Source: Atractiella rhizophila (Eukaryota). Taken from it: a stretch of 39,884 nt of DNA. The notes below the pieces were generated by a model that did no database searches, was not told the origin of the DNA, and saw only the letters and a list, made by a program, of their open reading frames with translations. Positions 21,313 through 31,790 of the stretch are shown one piece after another. The stretch spans positions 18,018-57,901 of the forward strand of contig MU271474.1 of NCBI GenBank assembly GCA_021432655.1, read 5' to 3'. A program made the position numbers and the translations under genes. Each line of letters starts with the position of its first letter. The first letter of the stretch is position 1.

Positions 21313-24300
21313 ATGTCTACGAATCATGTCAAAGTGTTCAAAGTTCCTGAAAATGTCAAGGAAGCGAATCCGCTGGGCCTACGGATTCCCTGCATCGACA
21401 ATGGCGGCGTTGCCACTTTCTCAGCTCCGTACATGCTCGAACCCATCATGCGTCAAACCGCACATCTTCTCAACGTACCAGACGGCGAAGAGCTTCGACC
21501 ATGCGACGTCTTTGATCTCATTTGTGGAACTTCTACTGGCGGATGGATCGCACTTATGCTCGGGAGGCTGGGAATGACTGTTCGTCAATGCATTGCGGCA
21601 TATGAAGAGATCGTGCAAAACGGATTTCTAGAAGAGGATTCAATCTCCAGCAGCAAGTACGTGTACTCTCCGAAGAGGCTGGAAGAGACTTTGATCTCCG
21701 TCATCCAGCGACACACGCCCCCTCTCGAAGGCCCTGCGGAGACACTTCCTATGAAGGACCCTTCTGTGAAGGAAAGATGTAGGACGTTTGTCCTCTCTAC
21801 CTATGAGGCCACTGTTATCGTTTCCACGCAGATGCGCACCTACGATATCTCTGCTCCTGCCGCTCTATCCGCTTGTCCATACTTCGTCTGGCAAGCCGCA
21901 AGAGCTACCTCAGCCTGTCCTCCCTTCTTTCCTACTATGAGCGAGGATTCTACCGGCTACATCCAGCTGGGAGACAACAACCCTGCAGCAGTAGCCTTCG
22001 ACGAGGCTTTGCGAATTTGGGGACGCAGCAGCGAGATTGCCTGTCTTGTGTCTCTTGGTCCGGGCGTTGCACGGACTGTGAAGCTGGGCCACACTCGGGA
22101 TGATATCGAACATGCGTTGAAAGCGATAATCGCGGATTGCTCAAAGGTTTCGAATGCAGTGAAGGTGAAGATGCAAGATGGTGGGACGGGTCATTGCTAT
22201 CATCGATTCTCGGTTGATACATTCATAGAATTCAAATGGGGGGACTGGGAGCGAAAGGACGACATTGTAGGCTGCGCCAAGGCTTACATGGAAGCAATGA
22301 ATCATGAAGTGGCTGCCGCGGCTAGGTCGCTAGTGCAAGGTATTCTCCGTTACTGTGTATTGGTGCATGCTGATTTGCCCTTGTTCAGGCTATAAGGAAC
22401 GCATTGCTGTCCACAGGAAGCTTCCGCTACCTGATCCGGGAGCTTGTTACGGAAGAGGTGACGAAGTTACGGAGGCGCTCAACTGCATCCTCACTGACCG
22501 GAAGCATCTTGCAATAATCGGTGGCGCTGGCAACGGGAAGTCCACTGTAGCTCTACAAGTCCTGCATGCCAAGCAAGTCAAAGATGCTTTCACAACCACA
22601 GTGGAAGGTACGAGGCAAGATCTTCGGTTCTGGGCTCGATGCGATGCTTTCACTACATTTTCATCCCTCTCTACGAGCCTTTGCAGGGAGGTCTTCGGAA
22701 TAGCTCCTCTACCTGGCGAAAGTGACCTTGCTGCTATCGCACGATATTTTAGCGGCCATAAATGTCTCCTTGTGTTGGACAATTTTGAGACCCCTGCTGA
22801 GTCCGACAAGGAAAACCTGCAGCCATTCTTTCAAGCTCTTCTTTCTGCCAACGATCGGTTGGGTTCCATTCTGATTGTGGCGCACCGAGGACATCAAATC
22901 TACCGCGTGAACATCGCAGGAGGGAAGTTTCAAAAGTTGGTGATCCACGGCCTCAGCTACCCTGCTGCACTGGAATTCTTCAGGGAGGCGTACACCGGAG
23001 AGGAAGATTGCACAGAAGAGCTATTGAAGACTGTTTTCACCACATTGGATTATCACGCCTTGTCCATCAAGCTATTCGTTCTTCGTGCCAACGCAGAATC
23101 ACCAAAGACGGTCTCGATCTTGTTGCAGGAGTGGGAGGCTGTGAAGATAGGTGTGCTGTGGGACGAAGACAGTGACGAGACCCAAACTCTTGCAAAGTCG
23201 ATATCTTTTTCACTCAATTCACCTCGTCTTAAAATGCGCGAGGATATGTGCATGTTTATTCTTGCTCTCTTATCCTGGACCCCTCAAGGCCTTCTGGACA
23301 GTGACATTCTGGCTGTTGCCAGCAAGGCTAGTCTTCCTGCTCTGGAGCGACCTTATGTGATCATTAATGCGATTTTGTCCGTCGGACTTGCCGAGAATGC
23401 ATACGATACCCTGGCAGACTCAACACGATTTCGTATGCTGGCACCTATTCGTGAACACATTAATCACTCGGTAGTGCACTCTCTTCCTCCTTTCAGCAAT
23501 GCCGTTGCTTCATCCCTCCAGCCCATAACGGACGGTCTCATCGATATAGCTCGGGAAAATGTTCGACGGTATAAAGGTGACGGTCAACGGATAGAGTTGT
23601 TGACTTTCCGCAACAATTATCCAAACCTTGAATATGTTCTTCTAGCTGCTTTGGAACATCTGCAAGACCCGAGAATTACGGTCCATTTTCTAGTGGAAAT
23701 CTGGCAGTTTCTGTACCAGCAGTCCCTCCTCTCAATCAAATTACTCCAGCAGGCTCAGTCCATCGCGAAATCTATAAGTTCTCCGCTGGAATGTACAGCT
23801 ATATTGACCAAGGCTCTGGGGCTCGCATTCAGACATCAGGGGACTCTAGAACAAGCCTTGACACAATTTGAGGAGGCAAAGCTGCTCTATGTGACAATGG
23901 AAGATCGGCAGGGGCAAGCCCACTGCATTCGGAGCATGGGGGAGATCGAGCAGCATCGCGGGCGGATGGAGGAAGCGCTGAAACGAGTCGAGGAGGCGAA
24001 GGAGCTGTATCTGAAGGTGGAAGATCAGCATGGGCAAGCCCACTGCATTTACAGCATGGGGCAGATCGAGCAGCATCGCGGGTGGATGGAGGAAGTGCTG
24101 AAACGATTCGAGGAGGCAAAGGAGCTGTATCTGAAGGTGGAAGATCAGCTGGGGCAAGCTCACTGCATTTACAGCATAGGGGAGATCGAGCAGTATCGCC
24201 GGCAGATGGAGGAAGCACAGAAACGATTCGAGGAGGCGAAGGAGCTGTATCTGAAGGTGGAATATCAGCCAGGGCAAGCTCACTGCATTTACAGCATGGG

Positions 24301-25414
24301 GAAGATCGAGCAGCATCACGGGCGGATGGTGGAAGCGCTGAAACGATTCGAGGAGGCGAAGGAGCTGCATCTGAAGGTGGAAGATCAGCTGGGGCAAGCT
24401 CACTGCATTCGGAGCATGGGGGAGATAGCGCAGCGTAGCGCCTGGATGGAGGAAGCGCTGAAACGATTCGAGGAGGCGAAGGAGCTGTATCTGAAGGTGG
24501 AATATCAGCCAGGGCAAGCTGACTGCATTTACAGCATGGGGGAGATCGAGCAGCATCGCGGGCGGATGGAGGAAGCGCTGAAACGATTCGAGAAGGCGAA
24601 GGAGCTCTACCTGAGGGTTGAAGATCAGCTGGGGCAAGCTGACTGCATTCGAAGCATGGGGGAGATTGAGCAGCATAGGGGGCAGATGGAGGAAGCGCTT
24701 AAACAATTCGAGGAGGCAAAGGAGCTGTATCTGAAGGAGGAAGATCAGCTGGGGCAAGCCCACTGCATTCGGAGCATGGGGGAGATTGAGCAGCATCGTG
24801 GGCGAACGGAGGAAGCGCTGAAACGATTCGAGGAGGCAAAAGAGCTGTATGTGACAATGGAAGATCGGCAGGGGCAAGCCCACTGCATTCGGAGCATGGG
24901 GGAGATCGAGCAGCATTGCGGGCAGATGGAGGAAGCGCTGAAACTAGTCGAGAAGGCGAAGGAGCTGTATCTAAAGGTGGAAGATCAGCAGGGGCAAGCT
25001 CACTGCATTCGGAACATGGGGAAGATCGAGCAGTGTCGCGGGCGTATGGAGGAAGCGCTGAAACGATTCGAGGAGGCGAAGGAGCTCTACCTGAGGGTGG
25101 AAGATGTTGGCGGTCAACTCAACTGTCTTACAGGCATGAGTTCCGTTTACACTCAAGACAAGCAGGGGATATCCAAGGCGATCAAGCTTCGCGAGGAAGC
25201 AGTCAATTTGAGTGGGACCGTCGGTGGCTACTACGAAGCTGTCAGCAGAAAGAACCTGGCCGAACTCCTCTTCCAATCGTCCCAGTTCCTCCGTGCGACG
25301 CAGGAAACCAATCTCGCCCGTCAGATTTACGCAGATTGCTCTGCCAGCTCCGATGTTGATGGTTGTGACACTCTGCTGCGGACAATTCAGCTCATTGAGA
25401 GTTTTCCTGGTTAA
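21313..25414 (+). CDS. NLR-like protein: patatin-like phospholipase, STAND (NB-ARC-like) NTPase and TPR array; exons 21313-22339 and 22389-25414, 1350 aa
   Basis: Patatin motifs CIDNGGV, FDLICGTSTGG, ARATSACP, NNP. Walker A GGAGNGKST, Walker B LLVLDNFE. Ten 40-aa TPR-like repeats. A 49-nt GT-AG intron (22340-22388, phase 1) fuses the two ORFs with no internal stop. Confidence 0.92.
23870..25105 (+). repeat. Array of ten 120-bp near-identical coding repeats (TPR) plus a partial eleventh
   Basis: GAGGAGGC(A/G)AAGGAGCTGTAT...GGGCAAGC(C/T)CACTGCATT recurs at exactly 120-nt spacing. Confidence 0.97.
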
Positions 25415-25646
25415 GACGTGTCATCCAAATAGTTTTGGTACTTTCCTTTCCCTTCACCTTGTGCAAGCAGACCTCCTGGTGCAGGATGTAACATTCTGCC
25501 TGAGCAACGCTGTCATCGTTATAAAATCGATGTTTCATTATGACCTGAAATGTAGACACAATCCTCCTGATACTCGGAAGGTTACATGCCTTTACGCGAA
25601 GTTGTGGTGGTTGCGCGCAAATAAGATTATGTTCTCATCTATCCAA

Positions 25647-25745
25647 CTACTAACAGTACTTTAGGGTTCAACCCTGCCTCTACTACTATTCCTTCATGAC
25701 GGAACTACTATTCCTTCGCGACGGAACTGTTCCGTCAGTCAAATT
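25647..25745 (-). repeat. Stacked repeat termini: 35-bp family A end followed by a partly duplicated family B end
   Basis: 25647-25681 is identical to 27723-27757. It is followed by ACTACTATTCCTTC..GACGGA twice and the palindrome GACGGAAC-T-GTTCCGTC at 25720-25736. Confidence 0.85.
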
Positions 25746-26089
25746 TGGCTGGGGAACGGAGTTAGGGTCAGGGCCATGGTGAGTCCCGTCAGCCCAGTCG
25801 CGAGGCTCTCACTAACGGAACTAACCTGACGGGACGGAACGCACCGTTGAGTCCCGTCAGCTCGGACGCGACGGCCAAATTGTCTCGCGAGGTTGGGATC
25901 AGCCCCGACATGAACTCGCTCAACATGCGAGGTTCATCGCGAGGGCGCCAAGTTCACTACCAGTCGCGAAGTGGGCACTTCGGGTCACTGGCTGGCTGTG
26001 ACGTGTGAAGTGCCTTCTAGTTGAAAGGTCAAGTTTGGTTCAGCGATGGGTTCAACCTGCGAAAGGCTGCTGTAGTTGAGAGGGAGCAG

Positions 26090-26540
26090 GCTCGCAAGAA
26101 AGCAGATGCGCGAGAGAGTAAACTCGTGAGACTGCAAACGTGAGAGAGCACACTCGCGAGACAGCAAGCTAGCGAGACAGTAAACCAGTGAGAATGCCAA
26201 CTTGTGAGACAGCAAACTAGCAAGAATGCAAACTAGCGAGACAACAAACGCGAAAGAGCAAACTAGCGAGACAGCAAACATGCGAGACGGCCAACGCGCG
26301 AGACAGCAAAACCTGCGAGACGGCCAACTAGCCAGAATGTGAGCTCGCGAGAATACAAACTCTGTGAGAGAGCAAACTGGCGAGATGGCCAACTAGCGAG
26401 AATGCCAACTTGCAAGCATGCCAACTCGCCAGCATGCAAACTCGCGAGACTGCAAACGTGAGAGAGCAAACTAGCGAGACTGCAAATTTGTGAGACTGCA
26501 AACTCGTGCAACTCCAAACTCGTGAGAGACCAAACGCGTG
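26090..26540. repeat. Degenerate minisatellite of (GC)GAGA(C/G)AGCAAACT-like short units
   Basis: Many imperfect short units such as GCGAGACAGCAAACTA and GCGAGAATGCCAACT. Confidence 0.85.
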
Positions 26541-26719
26541 ACGTGAATCCAAATGCAAGTTTGCAGCAGTCCTGGTTTCACAAATGCCAACAGGACTTTG
26601 GCAGAGCGGGACCGTCTTCGCTTCAGCACTTATGGTTTTGCTGAAGTAAGCACGAGCTTGTGAGAGTGAGACTGGCTTTGCATCTGCGCTGCCAGTTTTG
26701 CTGCAGTGAACAGGAGTTT

Positions 26720-27722
26720 ACCAGAGCGAGCCAGGCTTTGCAGGAGCGAAGTGACTTCGTCCAAGCAAGTCTGGCTGCACCCCAGCGAACTGCACTTCTC
26801 TTGAGCAAGCCAAGGTGCACTGGAGCGAGCCAGGCTTCGCAGGAGCAAACTGCACTTCGCCGGAGCGAGCCAGACTTCGCTGAAGCGAACTGGTTTCGCC
26901 GAAGCAAGCCTGACTTTGCTGCAGCGAACTGCACTTCACCCGAGTGAGTCTGCCTTCGAAGGAGCGAGCCTGGGCTTGCTGGAGCGAACTGACTTCGTCC
27001 TAGCGAGCCTGCCTTCGCTGGAGCGAGCCAGACTTCGCAGGAGCGAACTGACTTCGTCCTAGTGAGCCTGCCTTCGCTGGAGCGAGTCAGACTTCGCAGG
27101 AGCGAACTGTGCTTCGCTGGAGCGAGTCAGGCTTCGCAGGAGCGAACTTACTTCATCCTAGCGAGCCTGCCTTCGCTGGAGCGAACTTACTTCATCCTAG
27201 TGAGCCTGCCTTCGCTGGAGCGAACAGCACTTCGCTGGAGCGAACTTACTTCATCCTAGCGAGCCTGGCTTCGCTAGAGCGAACAGCACTTCGCTGGAGC
27301 GAGTCAGACTTCGCAGGAGCGAACTGTGCTTCGCTGAAGCGAGTCAGGCTTCACAGGAACGAACTTACTTCATCCTAGCGAGCCTGCCTTCGCTGGAGCG
27401 AGCCAGACTTTGCTGAAGCGAACTGGCTTCGCCCAAGCAAGTTTGACTTTGCTCCAGCGAACTGCACTTCGCTCGAGCGAGCCAGGCTTCGCTGGAGCGA
27501 ACTTACTTCATCCTAGCGAGCCTGCCTTTGCTGGAGCGAACAGCACTTCGCTGGAGCGAGCCAGACTTTGCAGGAGTGAACGGACTTCGTCCTAGCGAGC
27601 CTGACTTCGCTAGAGCGAACAGCACTTCGCTGGAGTGAGCCAGACTTCGCAGGAGCGAACTGACTTCGTCCTAGCGAGCCAGACTTCGTTAGAGCGAACT
27701 GACTTCATCCTAGCGAGCCTGC
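26720..27722. repeat. Minisatellite of ~20-bp units built on CTTCGC-TGGA-GCGA(A/G)C
   Basis: Dozens of variants (GACTTCGCAGGAGCGAAC, GCCTTCGCTGGAGCGAGC, ACTTCATCCTAGCGAGCC), many with an internal TTCGC/GCGAA inverted repeat. Confidence 0.92.
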
Positions 27723-29260
27723 CTACTAACAGTACTTTAGGGTTCAACCCTGCCTCTTTCAGGAATGAAATCCAGGCTGAATCCTTGCCTCCTGGGCACC
27801 TAGGGTACAACCCTGCCTCTGTCAGGAACAGGATCCTGGCTGGATCCTTGCCTCCTGGCTGCCTAGGGTACAACTCTACCTCTATCAAGAACAAGATCCT
27901 GGCTACATCCTTGCCTCTTAGGCACCCAGGGTACGACCCTGATGCTATCAGGAACAGGATCCCACCTACATCCTTGCCTCCTCGCCGCCTAGGGTACAAC
28001 CCTGTGTGTCTTACAGACAGGATCCTGGCTATATCCTTGCCTCCTAGGCACCCAAGGTGCGACCCTGCCCCAATAAAAACAGCATCACTACAAAACTGTT
28101 GTCTCTTAGTCGACCAGGGTAGAACCCTGCCATAGATAGGAATAACAATCCAGTCAAAATGTCATGTACATATAAACACTCGCAGGCACAGGCAATGTCC
28201 TCTCTAAGACATCTTAAAACACATATATTGAAATCCTTGCTTCATTGGAGAGCTTTGGTTCATACTTGGCATATATGTCCAATGAAACAAAGTACATTCA
28301 AAGTTGCAAAATAAATTTATAGCAGTGTAGAAATCTGTTCTCTGTACGTTATTAACGATAAGTGCAATTTTCGCAAAACTGCACCAGATCGATAGGTTAT
28401 TGACACCAGGTATAGAGGGGTCTCAGGGGTGCAATTTTGTTGAAAGTGGTCCATGTCGATAGGTTATCGACACCTCGTGTAGAGGGGTCTGAGAACCAAA
28501 GTTTCATGAAACGTGGCCAGGCAGCCGCTAAAGATTGGCTACAAACATGGATAGATTGATACCCTGCTGAAAGTAGTGCATGCATTGGATGTATACTTTC
28601 GCAAGCGAGGGGCTGAATTGTGTAGAATCAATTTGGGGTATATACAAACTTGAATGTATGAAAAATGATCAAGATGATGCAGCCGTTTAATGGTAATACC
28701 ATTAAAATGAAAACATGTTAAGAATGATTGAACAAATGTGAGATATTAAAGAGCTTGTTTTGAATCATTATGGTCAAACATGACGATAAACAGATGATCA
28801 ATAATGGTTTTAGTGCTAATGAACAAGATCATTGCTGAAACTTTCAGGAAGACAGGCGCATGTTACACTATTCTGAACGCCTTGTAATTTTTACATCTGT
28901 TAGTAATTGTAACATAAGTGTGCGCGAGATTGTAAAACGTGTAATGATGAGGGTGGTTTGCAGGAGCATTTTTTCAGGTGAAGCATATGGAGCTATAGCA
29001 CCTCTGTGGGAGTGATATATCATTCATATGGAAATTGCATGTATATATGAACTTTGTCGCCACGTCCTCATTAGCCACCTTTGGTGATGAGCAAGAGATT
29101 AGAATGTTTGGAGCAAAATTGCGCTGTCCACACCCCCTCTACACCAGTGTCGATAACCTATCGACTGGGGACGTTTTGAGCGAAATTGCACTTTCTACAC
29201 CCCCTCTACACCAGTGTCGATAACCTATTGACTGGGGACGTTTTCAACAAAATTGCCCTC
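27723..29260. mobile_element. Non-coding repeat family A, longer copy: terminal hairpin, 63-bp tandem array, AT-rich core flanked by inverted 67-bp modules
   Basis: 63-bp units start at 27738, 27801, 27864, 27927, 27990 and 28053. Inverted modules lie at ~28360-28490 and ~29112-29257. Homologous to 17263-18232. Confidence 0.85.
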
Positions 29261-29262
29261 CA

Positions 29263-29807
29263 ATGACATCTTGCATGGTCAACTCTTCTTTAGTTGCCAT
29301 CAAAGTCCCGGCTAAGCTCCCCCAATCCTCCACGAGGTTGAAAATGAGAACGTCCGTTATATCGGTATCTTCTAGTTTAAGCCCGATTGATTTGAGATTA
29401 GAAGCACTGGAGGAAACTTCTTAAATGTAAGCTTCAACCAGTTTTGTGGAATCATGCTTGGCGTTGTAGAACCGACGTTTCAGCATGATTCTGTTTGCTC
29501 GGCTGTTCTTCTCATATTTCTCCTTCAAAGCCTTCCATGCAGCCCCTCCAGTTGTGCAATCTCGGATGTAATTGTATTGGGACGGATCAACACTCAATCC
29601 GATGATGGTGAGTCCCAATTCATTACTTTCTTTCCAAGTCCTCAGTTTCTTATCCTCTGGCAAAGGCTCCTCCACCACTCCACTCGCTTCATCCTAGCAA
29701 CTCCCTCTCTTCAGGACCAAAGTAACAGCAAATTTCCAGTCGTTGTAGTTGCTCTCCGTAAGCTTGGGCACCAACTGAATTAGCGTGTTGAGATTTGAGG
29801 TGGACAT
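29263..29807 (-). pseudogene. Degenerate Copia gag (Retrotran_gag_2-like)
   Basis: MSTSNLNTLIQLVPKLTESNYNDWKFAV..., IGLSVDPSQYNYIRDCTTGGAAWKALKEKY, LKSIGLKLEDTDITDVLIFNL. Has a frameshift and stops, and is truncated at the family A repeat. Confidence 0.85.
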
Positions 29808-29855
29808 TGCGAAGTGGGCTTGGCTGCAGGTGTGGGTGCTTGAAGATAGAACACT

Positions 29856-30033
29856 GCTCTCGCTACCAATTGATGAAATTACAAGTTCATAGTATTACAA
29901 TAAAGAATCTAGTGCTTTTATACCTTTACAGTAGGTGGCAAACATTGGTAAGCATGGAAGTCCAGAAGGTTCAAGAAGAACAGCCACAGAACAGGTGGCA
30001 ATGAATGACGCTCAACGCGCCAAAATCCTGACA
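29856..30033 (-). mobile_element. Probable 5' LTR (29871-30033, TGTCA...CATCA) and PBS (29856-29868) of the minus-strand Copia relic
   Basis: Minus strand reads ...TTTCATCA-AT-TGGTAGCGAGAGC, about 50 nt upstream of the gag ATG. The outer LTR boundary is inferred from TGTCA only. Confidence 0.65.
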
Positions 30034-30659
30034 ATAGCTTGATAAGCGGCCCTACACTTCAGTGTGGCTAGCAAAAGCTGGTTCCTGTCTCTCGTTTAAG
30101 CTCTCATTTATTGATTGAGCCTCTTAGTTCTCGCTCTAGTCGAGCTAAGGGAACTCGCTTTTTGCAGTAGAGTCTCACACTAGCTGGCGACCTCCGGAAG
30201 GCGATGGTCGACCCCCGCTTCTGCGACTTGGTTTCTTCGTGGCTTGCGGGACAGTCCCCTCCTACTTATTCGATGGCTTCACTCACAGCTCAAATGGTCA
30301 ATTGAGACAGGCAATGCTTGCTCGTGACATCTGATTCTGAATCATCCACTCTTCGAACCATCGGGAAAGCTGCAGGAATGCGTACCACAGAAGATGACCC
30401 TCCTTCACTCCTTGAGAAGTGCTCTTCATTGCCATGTCGCTGCTGAGACTTCATGAGATTCACTTGAAGAATTTCGTTTGCATTCCAGGGTGCCGAATCT
30501 GCGGTGCATTGATGTTCCGACAACGACAGTCTTGTCGTCTTAGCTGCTGTTCATTCTGAAGCATCGTGTCGTAAGCGATGAGATCGTAGCGGTCAGAGGG
30601 TCGGGGAAGGTGCTCCTCCAAGTCTTGTCGCTTCGGCCATTTCCTCCTTTGCCACGGAT

Positions 30660-31790
30660 CAAAAGAGCGAAGTGATGCAGAGAACATGGCCCAATAAGCA
30701 ATGAAGGATGTTCTTTCTCAAGATCTGCTCGTAAATTTACCATTGTAGAAGGTGAATCCGTAAACAGAGAAGAAACAGCATCCCAACTAACTCCAGCTCT
30801 AACAATTGATTCATTAACAAACTGTTGCAGACAGGAAGTAGTATGATGGATATCACTGAGATCTTGGAGCTCAAGGATAATAGGATCATCCCCTTTACCA
30901 TTGCAAGCAATAGGTAAATGGATCTGGGGAGGATGGTGTAGTGGGCTAAGCACCAGTCCGGGCCAGCCCAAACGACGGTTTTTATGTGGCTGTGGGTTCG
31001 AATCCCACCCTCCCCACCCTGCTTGACCCACCAAGCAACCGCCCTGGCTTGACCTGGGACACTGACACTGACGTCAGTAGCTGAGGGTGAAAACCCCTCC
31101 GGACACTGTCGGTACCACTGTGGACGCACAGTACAGGGGCGTGGTGCTGTAATGGTGCCAAGCCTCCCCTTGTTTCTCGGTGAACGCGTTTCCAATGTGC
31201 ATGAGATCCGCAGCCTTCACACAAGGAGATAGGATACCATTTAGCCGAAGCTTAGAGGCATGGCGATCACATGTGAGGTTTTAGTGGGTATTGTTCATAG
31301 AATGGAGCCCCACACTGTTCCTTTGCCGATCATGGCGGGTTCGTGCGTAAAAAGCATTTCCTCATCATAAAAAAAAAAAAACAATAGGTAAATGGATCTC
31401 TTCTGCTGATCTTCCCATCCGTCAAGACCAAGACTGTTGTTGTCGGCTGTCTTTAGAATCTCTATGTTTGTCTTTTGAATGTCAGCATAGAGCTCTGTTA
31501 ACAGATCTGTTCTGAATGCTGTTTCTTCAAGCATGCTATAGTTTGGTTGAATACCGTTCACCCATCGGTGAAAGAATGTTATTAACAAGTGAAAATGATG
31601 CTGAAGTGTCTATCATTGCAAGGAGCAATCTCTTGTCATGCATCCAGGCAACAGATTTTGGAAAGGGGTCAATGACAAGAAGGCTGCCCCAAACAGAAGG
31701 AGTGCCTTTTGCTTTTTTAGAAAGTGAACGGGGTGACTTTGATTGAGATCCTTTGAAGACAATTGCTGTGCAGAATCTGGCAAAGATAGA
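30660..31790 (-). mobile_element. hAT-superfamily (DUF659-like) transposase relic interrupted by a SINE
   Basis: SLGLDGWEDQQKRSIYLL (first catalytic Asp), FTDSPSTM (second Asp) and PCSLHHFALL (CxxH). Reading is continuous across the removed SINE apart from a frameshift. Confidence 0.8.
30926..31381 (+). mobile_element. tRNA-derived SINE, 456 bp, with poly(A) tail and 18-bp TSD
   Basis: TSD CAATAGGTAAATGGATCT at 30908-30925 and 31382-31399. A box TGGTGTAGTGG, B box GGTTCGAATCC, acceptor stem GGGGAGG/CCTCCCC, T stem GTGGG/CCCAC. A13 at 31369-31381. Confidence 0.93.

Noticed and set aside
23846..24916. 356-aa antisense repeat ORF
   Set aside because: Shadow of the 120-bp TPR array on the opposite strand.
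25780..25870. Hammerhead ribozyme or Penelope-like end
   Set aside because: CTGACGG does not fit the CUGANGA core and no properly placed GAAA was found.
26090..28135. CRISPR-like array or repeat-protein ORFs
   Set aside because: Units are degenerate and contiguous with no unique spacers. The ORFs arise from repeat periodicity (63 bp is a multiple of 3) in a eukaryotic context.
30926..31017. Functional tRNA gene
   Set aside because: No canonical anticodon stem-loop, and it forms the head of a TSD-flanked poly(A)-tailed insertion.
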